DNA from: Solirubrobacteraceae bacterium
GTDB lineage: Bacteria > Actinomycetota > Thermoleophilia > Solirubrobacterales > Solirubrobacteraceae
Reading direction: 5' to 3'
DNA: 42,804 nt
Assembly (NCBI GenBank): GCA_036788555.1
Contig: DAIQND010000001.1
Location: 1 to 42,804 of the forward strand
Each line of letters opens with the position of its first letter. The first letter of the stretch is position 1. Positions 35,753-42,804 of this stretch are shown in pieces. The position numbers and the translations under genes are program-made. A model generated the notes under the pieces. The model worked only from the letters and a program-made list of their open reading frames with translations, was not told where the DNA came from and searched no databases.

Positions 35753-37792
35753 ATGACCGACTTCATCACCCGCGCCCGGTCGCTGGCGCACCGGATCGAA
35801 ACCGATCCGGCGGACCCCCAGGTACTCCAGGAGCTCGACGAGCTGCGGACGGCGTGGCGGTCGCTGCCGGGGCTCGAACGCGACGCGGCCGCGGATGCGG
35901 CCCGCGCCCTGGCCGCCGCGCAGGCGGGCGCGGGTCGTCTGACCGGGCCGGCCCCGCGCCCGCAGGCGGCGGCGGTCGATGACCAGGCCGCCGCTCAGCT
36001 CGCGCTCAGCGGCCTTGACCGGATCGAGCTCGACGCACCGCCCGAGCGCCCCTACGACGGCCCGCGCGACCCCGACGCTCTGCTGGGCCACTTCGGCCTG
36101 GACGAGTTCCGGCCGGGGCAGCGGGAGGCCGTGGCCGCCGCCCTGGCCGGCCGTGACAGCCTCGTGGTGATGCCCACCGGCGGCGGCAAGAGCCTCTGCT
36201 ACCAGCTGCCGGGAATCGCCTCCGAGGCGCTGACGGTGGTCGTCTCGCCGCTGATCGCGCTGATGGCCGACCAGTACCGCCGGCTCGTCCTGGGCGGCCA
36301 CCCGGCGGCGATGATCGCGTCCGGCATGGACGCCCCGCAGGCGGCCCGCGCTCTGTCCGACGTGCGTGGCGGCCGCGCCCGAATCGTCCTCTGCTCACCC
36401 GAGAGGTTCGCCTCGTCGTCGTTCCTGGCCGCGCTGGCTGAGCGCCGGATCGACCTGTTCGCGGTCGACGAGGCCCACTGCGTCTCGGAGTGGGGGCACG
36501 ACTTTCGCCCCGACTACCTGCGCCTGCGGGGCGTGATCGACCGCCTCGGCTCACCACCCGTGATGGCCTGCACGGCGACGGCGACCGAGCAGGTGGCCGA
36601 GGAGATCAGCGCCCGCCTCGGGCTGCGCGACCCACACGTGATGCGGGCCGGCTTTGACCGGCCCAACCTGTCCTTCGACGTGATCCAGTTCGAAGGCGCC
36701 GGGTCGAAGGCGCGCAAGCAGATGCTGCTCGCGCTGGCGCTGTCGGATCCAGCCAACCGGCCGGCGATCGTCTACTGCGGCACCCGCCGGGATGTGGAGG
36801 AGGTCACCGAGCAGCTGCGCGGCCAGGGACTGCTGGCGGTCGGCTACCACGCCGGGATGCAGCCCGACGAGCGCGCCTCGGCCCAGCACCGCTTCATGAA
36901 TGGCGACGCCGAGGTGGTGGTCGCCACCAACGCCTTCGGGATGGGCGTCGACAAGGCCGACGTGCGCGCGGTCGTGCACTGGGCGATTCCCAAGAGTGTC
37001 GAGGCCTACTACCAGGAGGTCGGGCGGGGTGGCCGTGACGGCGAGCCGGCCCGCGCGATCCTGCTGGCCAGCCGTGCCGACCTCGGCCGCCTGATCAACT
37101 TCATCCGGGGTGACGCGGTCGAGGCCGACGACGTGCTGGCCTACGTCCAGCGGCTGAAGCAGGCCTGCGGCAGCCAGACGGCGGTGATGGACCCGCCGCG
37201 CTCGGATCGCGACCGGGTCAGCCTCGGCATCGCCGAGCGCGCGGGGCTATGCAGGCTCGAGCCCGCCCCGGGTGGGCGGCTCCACGTCGCGTTCGCCGCC
37301 TCGCCGGGCCCCGGTCGCGAGGTGGCTTTGATCTGCCGGGCGGCGCGCGATCGCGCCTGGCAGGCTTATCGGGCCGCCGAGTCGTTCAGCTCGGCCTCCG
37401 GCGAGTGCCGGCGCCGGACGCTGCTTGACCACTTCGGCGACCGTCGCCCGGGGGCGCCATCGGGGCGCTGCTGTGACGTGTGCGACCCCGACACGATCGG
37501 CTTGCCCGACCCGTCAACGCTGCGCCCGGCGCGCACCAAGCTCCCGCGGCCGCAGGCTTCGGTCGAGCTCGGCCCGGCGGATCTGGCACTGCTTGAGTCG
37601 CTGCGCGAGTGGCGCCTGCGAGCCAGCGACGGCAAGCCCGCCTACACCGTGGCCCACAACAGCACGCTTGAATCGATCGCCACGCTCCGGCCGCGGTCGC
37701 TTGACGAGCTGGCGAGGATCCGGGGGATCGGGCCCTCGTTCCTGGAGCGCTACGGCGAGCAGGTGCTGGCGCAAGTGGCGCGGTCGCCGTAG
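35753..37792 (+). CDS. recQ: RecQ family ATP-dependent DNA helicase with HRDC domain
   Basis: Start revised to ATG 35753; MPTGGGKSLCYQ, DEAHC.SEWGHDFRP, TATA, ATNAFGMG.DK, QE.GR.GRDG, Zn motif CRR...CCDVC, HRDC WR...PAY.V. Confidence 0.93.
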   Translation: MTDFITRARSLAHRIETDPADPQVLQELDELRTAWRSLPGLERDAAADAARALAAAQAGAGRLTGPAPRPQAAAVDDQAAAQLALSGLDRIELDAPPERPYDGPRDPDALLGHFGLDEFRPGQREAVAAALAGRDSLVVMPTGGGKSLCYQLPGIASEALTVVVSPLIALMADQYRRLVLGGHPAAMIASGMDAPQAARALSDVRGGRARIVLCSPERFASSSFLAALAERRIDLFAVDEAHCVSEWGHDFRPDYLRLRGVIDRLGSPPVMACTATATEQVAEEISARLGLRDPHVMRAGFDRPNLSFDVIQFEGAGSKARKQMLLALALSDPANRPAIVYCGTRRDVEEVTEQLRGQGLLAVGYHAGMQPDERASAQHRFMNGDAEVVVATNAFGMGVDKADVRAVVHWAIPKSVEAYYQEVGRGGRDGEPARAILLASRADLGRLINFIRGDAVEADDVLAYVQRLKQACGSQTAVMDPPRSDRDRVSLGIAERAGLCRLEPAPGGRLHVAFAASPGPGREVALICRAARDRAWQAYRAAESFSSASGECRRRTLLDHFGDRRPGAPSGRCCDVCDPDTIGLPDPSTLRPARTKLPRPQASVELGPADLALLESLREWRLRASDGKPAYTVAHNSTLESIATLRPRSLDELARIRGIGPSFLERYGEQVLAQVARSP

Positions 37793-37820
37793 GCGATCCG
37801 CACCAGAGGGGTTCGCCGGC

Positions 37821-38858
37821 CTACCCTGCCGCAGAGCGGCGGCGCGGCCTGGCCGCCGCGGCTCGTTGCCCGGTGCGCGGGCGCCCGGCCTTCCCGCGCA
37901 GCAGCAGCTCGCGCAGACGCTCGAGGTCGGCATCGTTTGTCTCGAGCTGCGTCGGCTCGGTCGATTCGATGAAGTCGATCAGCGTGTGGGCGAACCGCAC
38001 TGGCTCGTGCAGCTGCGGAAAATGGCCGGCGTCCTCGAAGATCTCAAGGCGGCTGTTGGGGAGCCCACGCTGCGCGACCCTCGCGTGCTCGACCGGGATC
38101 AGCGGATCGTGGCCGCCCCAGATGACCAGCGAGGGAAGCAGGTCGGCCAGGTACAGGCGGTCGGTCGCGCTGACGCGCTGGCCGCCGATGTCGAGCACCG
38201 CTCGGAGCGTGTGAATGAACGCCATCCGGGCACCGGCGTCGGCCAGCGACGCGTAGCCGCGCGCCATTTCCGCCAGATCGGTGCCGGCCCGCAACCCCAG
38301 CCGCCCGAGCACCCGGCCGACGGTGCCACCGATGCCGTGAACGCGCGCATGCGCGATCAGCGGCAGCACGATCTCCGACCCGGGCAACGTGGCCGCCCGG
38401 AGCATCGGATGGACCTCGCGTCCAAGCCCGCCGCTTGAGACCAGGACCAGCCGTTCGGCGAACGGCGGGTACTCGTAGGCGAACTGCATCGCCACACCCC
38501 CGCCGAGCGAATGCCCGACGACGGTGGCCCGCCGGTGGCCGAGCGCGACGAGCAGGTCCCGGACGCTGGCCGCATAGGCCCCCAGCGAGTAGTCACCCCG
38601 GGGCTTGGCCGACTGGCCGTGCCCAAGCAGATCGGGCGCGATCACCGTGTAGCGCTCGGCCAGCAGCGGAACCACCTGGTCCCACTGGGCGGCGCACCCC
38701 ACGATCCCGTGGATCAGCAGGACCACGGGTCCACCGCTGCCGGCCGTGCGGTAGCAGACGCGGTGGCCGTGGAGATGGATCTCCTGCGCCGTGGGCTGAA
38801 GGTCAGCCAGGTTGGGCCTCCGGCGCCTGCCGGGAGCTGAGGCGGTCGTGGTGGCGAT
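37821..38858 (-). CDS. Alpha/beta-fold hydrolase; start uncertain (possibly non-canonical ATC at 38858; first canonical start GTG 38726)
   Basis: LLIHG, PDLLGHG.S, GHSLGG, WG..D, GHFP; frame stays open upstream and encodes [13 protein letters not shown]. Confidence 0.85.
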   Translation of the reverse strand: MATTTASAPGRRRRPNLADLQPTAQEIHLHGHRVCYRTAGSGGPVVLLIHGIVGCAAQWDQVVPLLAERYTVIAPDLLGHGQSAKPRGDYSLGAYAASVRDLLVALGHRRATVVGHSLGGGVAMQFAYEYPPFAERLVLVSSGGLGREVHPMLRAATLPGSEIVLPLIAHARVHGIGGTVGRVLGRLGLRAGTDLAEMARGYASLADAGARMAFIHTLRAVLDIGGQRVSATDRLYLADLLPSLVIWGGHDPLIPVEHARVAQRGLPNSRLEIFEDAGHFPQLHEPVRFAHTLIDFIESTEPTQLETNDADLERLRELLLRGKAGRPRTGQRAAAARPRRRSAAG

Positions 38859-38929
38859 GCCCTTATTTACCCGATCCGGCGCCCGCGGTCACATGCCGGC
38901 GATCCGCCTGTGTCTATCGTCACCGACCG

Positions 38930-40768
38930 ATGGCCACCCGCAATGACATCCGCAACATCGGGATCGTCGCCCACGTCGACCACGGCAAGACCACCCTCGT
39001 CGACGCCCTGCTCTGGCAGTCCGGCGCTTTCCGCTCCGGCCAGGAGGTGGCCGACCGCGTCCTTGACTCGATGGACCTCGAGCGAGAGAAGGGGATCACG
39101 ATCCTGGCCAAGAACACCGCCGTTCACTACGGCGCGGTCAAGCTGAACATCGTCGACACCCCCGGGCACGCCGACTTCGGCGGCGAGGTGGAGCGGGGTC
39201 TGACGATGGTCGACGGGGTGCTGCTGCTGGTCGACGCCAGCGAGGGCCCGCTGCCCCAAACCCGGTTCGTGCTCCGCAAGGCGCTCGAGGCCCGGCTGCC
39301 GGTGATCCTGGTCGTCAACAAGATCGACCGCCCCGACGCCCGCATCGCCGAGGTCGTCGACGAGGTCTACGAGCTGTTCCTGGACCTGGACGCCGACGAG
39401 TCGCAGATCGAGTTTCCGATCGTCTACACCAACGCCAAGGCCGGTCAGGCCTCGCTCGATCCGGCCGTACCGGGAGTCGACCTGGCGCCGCTGTTCGAGT
39501 TGCTGCTCTCCGACATCCCCGCCCCCGAATACGACCCCTCGGAGCCGCTCCAGGCCCACGTCACGAACCTCGATGCTTCTCAGTACGTCGGGCGGCTGGC
39601 GATCTGCCGGGTGCGGCAGGGGACGCTCCGCCGCGGGGAGACCGTCGCGTGGTGCCGCGCGAGCGGCGAGGTTGAGCACGTGAGGGTGAGCGAGCTGTAC
39701 GTGACGGAGGCCCTGGATCTCGTCGACGCGGCGGAGGCGCCCGCCGGCGAGATCGCCTGGGTCGCGGGGATTCCGGAGATCATGATCGGCGAGACCCTGG
39801 CCGACCCCGATGACCCCCGGCCGCTGCCGGTGATCACGGTCGATGAGCCGTCGCTGGCGATCACGATCGGGATCAACACCTCGCCGCTGGCCGGCCAGGA
39901 TGGCGACAAGCTGACCGCCAGCCAGCTCAGGGGCCGCCTCGATCGGGAGCTGGTCGGGAACGTCTCGCTGCGGGTGCTCGAGACCGAGCGACCGGACGTG
40001 TGGGAGGTTCAGGGCCGAGGCGAGCTGGCGCTGTCGGTGCTCGTGGAGCTGATGCGCCGGGAGGGCTTCGAGCTCACCGTCGGCAAGCCGCAGGTGGTGA
40101 CGCGCGAGCTCGACGGGAAGCTGTGCGAGCCGATCGAACGGATGAGCGTCGACGTGCCCGAGGAGTACATCGGCGTGGTCACGCAGATGCTCGCGATGCG
40201 CAAGGGCCGGATGGAGCAGATGGTCAACCACGGCACCGGCTGGGTGCGCATGGAGTACCTGGTGCCCGCGCGCGGGCTGATCGGGTTTCGCACCGAGTTC
40301 CTCACCGAGACCCGCGGCGCCGGTCTGGTTCACCACGTGTTCAGCCGCTGGGAGCCATGGCAGGGCGAGCTTCGCACCCGCGTTACCGGTTCGCTGGTCG
40401 CCGACCGGCGCGGCACGGTCGCGGCGTTCGCGCTGTTCAAGCTCCAGGAGCGGGGAACCCTGTTCGTCGGGCCCGGCGATGAGGTCTACGAGGGGATGAT
40501 CGTCGGCGAGAGCTCCCGCGCCGAGGATCTGGACGTCAACGCGACCAAGGAGAAGCACCTGACCAACATGCGCTCCTCCACCGCCGACGAGCTCGTGCGG
40601 CTGGTGCCGAAGCGGGAGCTGTCGTTGGACCAGGCTCTGGAGTTCCTGCGCGCGGACGAGTGTGCTGAGGTCACGCCGCACGCGATGAGGCTGCGCAAGG
40701 TGGTGCTGGACGCGACCGCCCGGCGCAAGCAGGCGCGCTCGGGGCGGCTGAAGGTTGCGACGGGGTAG
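38930..40768 (+). CDS. typA: Translational GTPase TypA/BipA
   Basis: Start revised to ATG 38930; [54 protein letters not shown]. Confidence 0.97.
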   Translation: MATRNDIRNIGIVAHVDHGKTTLVDALLWQSGAFRSGQEVADRVLDSMDLEREKGITILAKNTAVHYGAVKLNIVDTPGHADFGGEVERGLTMVDGVLLLVDASEGPLPQTRFVLRKALEARLPVILVVNKIDRPDARIAEVVDEVYELFLDLDADESQIEFPIVYTNAKAGQASLDPAVPGVDLAPLFELLLSDIPAPEYDPSEPLQAHVTNLDASQYVGRLAICRVRQGTLRRGETVAWCRASGEVEHVRVSELYVTEALDLVDAAEAPAGEIAWVAGIPEIMIGETLADPDDPRPLPVITVDEPSLAITIGINTSPLAGQDGDKLTASQLRGRLDRELVGNVSLRVLETERPDVWEVQGRGELALSVLVELMRREGFELTVGKPQVVTRELDGKLCEPIERMSVDVPEEYIGVVTQMLAMRKGRMEQMVNHGTGWVRMEYLVPARGLIGFRTEFLTETRGAGLVHHVFSRWEPWQGELRTRVTGSLVADRRGTVAAFALFKLQERGTLFVGPGDEVYEGMIVGESSRAEDLDVNATKEKHLTNMRSSTADELVRLVPKRELSLDQALEFLRADECAEVTPHAMRLRKVVLDATARRKQARSGRLKVATG

Positions 40769-40781
40769 CCCGCCGCCGGCG

Positions 40782-42152
40782 TCAGCCGGCCACCCTGATC
40801 AGCTTCTTGTTGACGAACTCCTCAGCGCCCAGGCGCCCCAGCTCGCGTCCGAAGCCGGATCGCTTCGTACCGCCGAATGGCAGCTCGGCCCCGTCGGCGC
40901 CGACCAGGTTGACGTAGACCATGCCGGCGTCGATTTGGTTGGCCACCCGCTCTGCCTGCTCAGGGTCATTCGTCATGACGTATGACCCGAGGCCGAAGGG
41001 CGTGTCATTCGCCAGCCGCACCGCCTCCTCCTCGGAGGAGACCCTGTACACCTGCGCAACCGGGCCGAACAGCTCCTCCCGGTAGGCGTCGTTGTCCGGC
41101 GTGATGTCCGTCAGGACCGCCGGGTGAAAGAAGTTGCCCTCCCGCTTGCCGCCGGCGACGAGCTTTGCGCCCTGAGCCACCGCACGCTTGACCTGGTCCT
41201 CGAGACGGTCGGCCGCCGTCTTTGACGAGAGCGGGCCGATCGCAGCGTCGGGCGAGTGCGGATCCGCCGGTTCGACCTGCACCAGCGCGTCGGTGAACTT
41301 TTTCAGGAAGGGCTCGTAGAGCTCGTCGACGACGATGAAGCGCTTGGCGGCATTGCAGGACTGGCCGGTGTTATCGAGCCGGGCGGCGACCGCGTCCTGC
41401 ACCGTCTTGTCGAGATCGTCGGTTCCCAGCACGATGAACGGGTCCGAGCCGCCGAGCTCGAGCACCACCTTCTTCAGGTTGCGCCCGGCGATCTCGGCGA
41501 CTGCCGCGCCGGCGCGCTCTGATCCGGTCACCGACACGCCGCGCACCCGCGGATCGGCAATCACCCACTCGATCTGCTCGTTCGACGCGCGGATGTTCAC
41601 GTACGCGCCATCGGGATAGCCGGCCTCTTTGAAGATCCCCTGCATCGCCTCGGCTGACTCCGGGCACTGCGGAGCATGCTTCAGGAGGATCGTGTTGCCG
41701 ATCACGTGGTTCGGTGCGGCGAACCGGGCGACCTGGTAGTAGGGGAAGTTCCAGGGCATGATCCCGAGCAGCACGCCCAGCGAGCTGCGGCGTATGACGG
41801 CGCTGCCGTCGCCGTCGAGCAGCTTGATCGGCTCGTCGGCCATCAGCTCCTCCGCGTTGTCGGCGTAGTACTCGTAGATCGCGGCCACGAAGTCGAGCTC
41901 ACCGAGCGCCTGCTCAACCGGCTTGCCCATCTCCCGGACGATGATGTCCGCCAGACGCTCGCGCTGCTCGGCATGGAGCTCGCCAACCCGGCGGACGAGC
42001 GCCGCACGCTCGGCAACGCTTGAAGACTTCGACCACTGCTGGTGGGCCTGATCGGCCCGCCCGATCGCCGCCCGCAGCTCCTCGTCGGTGATCGTCGGGT
42101 ATTCCTTGACCGTCTCGCCGGTGGCCGGGTCGGTTACGGCATAGATGCTCAT
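40782..42152 (-). CDS. NAD(P)-dependent succinate-semialdehyde dehydrogenase-like ALDH (Sad/GabD1 type)
   Basis: Start revised to ATG 42152 with RBS GAGGGA; IMPWNFPYYQ.ARF, KHA, ELGGSDP, GQSCNAAKR, PFGG.K.SG.GREL. Confidence 0.88.
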   Translation of the reverse strand: MSIYAVTDPATGETVKEYPTITDEELRAAIGRADQAHQQWSKSSSVAERAALVRRVGELHAEQRERLADIIVREMGKPVEQALGELDFVAAIYEYYADNAEELMADEPIKLLDGDGSAVIRRSSLGVLLGIMPWNFPYYQVARFAAPNHVIGNTILLKHAPQCPESAEAMQGIFKEAGYPDGAYVNIRASNEQIEWVIADPRVRGVSVTGSERAGAAVAEIAGRNLKKVVLELGGSDPFIVLGTDDLDKTVQDAVAARLDNTGQSCNAAKRFIVVDELYEPFLKKFTDALVQVEPADPHSPDAAIGPLSSKTAADRLEDQVKRAVAQGAKLVAGGKREGNFFHPAVLTDITPDNDAYREELFGPVAQVYRVSSEEEAVRLANDTPFGLGSYVMTNDPEQAERVANQIDAGMVYVNLVGADGAELPFGGTKRSGFGRELGRLGAEEFVNKKLIRVAG

Positions 42153-42337
42153 TCGCTTCCCTCTCGCAGTAAGGTCTGTCTCCGGTGGGTATGAAAGCCG
42201 ATTTGGCAAGGCCAAGTCGATGTCCCAAGCCCGGACCGGCGCGCCCCCCAGGCAGCATTTTCTCAGCCTGATCCTCCCCGCTCCGGGAGGTCCGCGTACG
42301 TCGGTCGACGCCCGACATCCACCTGCGAGCTCGCTGG

Positions 42338-42804
42338 CTAGTCGAGATCGTCATCGTCCTGCCCTGCGGCGGGGGTAAGGCCGCGGCGCTGCAGCCAGAG
42401 CTCGAACACCGGATCCGTAAGACGTGGGTGACCGGCTTCGTGGATGACGTCCGCCTTGGCGAGCAGGCTCTCGAGCGCCTTGCCGATGCTGGTGCGCCGG
42501 ATCCCGACCGCCGCCGCCGTCTCCTCGCTGTAGAGGGGAGTCGATACCACCGCGAGCGCGCGGGCGACGCGTCGTTCGTTGAGGGTGAGCGCCCTCCAGA
42601 TCGCGCGCATCAGCGGAGCCGAATCGGCGGCGGCCTGATCAAGCGCCGATATCCATGCATCCTCGTCGGCCGGTTCCCCGCGGCCGGTTCGTTCCCACAG
42701 GTAGTGGGCGAGCATCATGCTCCGTTGGGGATGGCCGCGGGTGAACTCGAGCAGCGGGGTCAGCGCGGCTCCCACCTCGCGCCCGGTCCGTTGGAAGCGG
42801 TTTG
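42338..42804 (-). CDS. C-terminal part of a probable P-loop ATPase with winged-helix tail (5' end outside window)
   Basis: Frame open to the window edge; T.GHP helical motif and terminal L.DP.F..WL, as seen in archaeal-ATPase/STAND-like proteins; no Walker motifs visible. Confidence 0.55.
   Translation of the reverse strand, partial: NRFQRTGREVGAALTPLLEFTRGHPQRSMMLAHYLWERTGRGEPADEDAWISALDQAAADSAPLMRAIWRALTLNERRVARALAVVSTPLYSEETAAAVGIRRTSIGKALESLLAKADVIHEAGHPRLTDPVFELWLQRRGLTPAAGQDDDDLD

Noticed and set aside
4164..38929. Apparent large N-terminal fusions in the ORF track (starts at 4164, 6179, 18432, 21003, 24933, 27421, 29221, 32071, 33504, 38435)
   Set aside because: The extensions overlap neighbouring genes and are low-complexity; downstream starts with RBS, coupling or -10 support were used instead
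120..40681. Many long alternative-frame and antisense ORFs (e.g. 120-1532, 10326-12188, 12435-14090, 22297-23889, 38867-40681)
   Set aside because: Shadow ORFs expected at this GC content: they overlap well-supported genes, are Arg/Pro/Gly/Ala-rich or mirror sense codon bias, and lack family motifs
42153..42337. 185-bp intergenic region as a possible ncRNA or riboswitch
   Set aside because: Only a short palindrome (GCGAGCTCGC) is visible; no recognisable RNA family motif or U-tailed terminator
42338..42804. Terminal ATPase-like fragment as a STAND/defence NTPase
   Set aside because: Only the C-terminal ~155 aa are visible, with no Walker motifs or effector domain; cannot be supported

Overview
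Densely coding, very GC-rich bacterial DNA. Gene content and promoter style suggest Actinomycetota, possibly Thermoleophilia/Solirubrobacterales (inference). Positions 30-25919 hold a large nucleoside uptake, catabolism and salvage cluster: deoB, a BMP-type ABC importer, deoC with a long and a short aldehyde dehydrogenase gene, LOG, upp, cdd, PNP, thymidine phosphorylase, add and hpt. A 7.7-kb block (two YaaH/SatP paralogs, pyruvate oxidase, an FAD/Fe-S oxidoreductase, VOC, MarR) interrupts it. The most unusual members are a 575-aa uncharacterised protein with nucleoside phosphorylase/AMP nucleosidase-type motifs, a CYTH-cytidine deaminase fusion, and an apparently split ALDH16-like pair joined by a duplication-derived 8-codon mini-ORF. 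Next come accessory genes (EamA, SGNH, CsbD, two DUF-like proteins) and an apparently lower-GC catabolic cassette of unknown substrate (RraA-like, SDR, NadX-like, PuuE-like, SDR, amidohydrolase, cyclodeaminase family). The window ends with recQ, an alpha/beta hydrolase lacking a canonical start codon, typA, a semialdehyde dehydrogenase and a truncated ATPase-like gene. No rRNA, tRNA, CRISPR array, transposase or integrase was recognised. All family calls come from reading motifs by eye; no database search was run.
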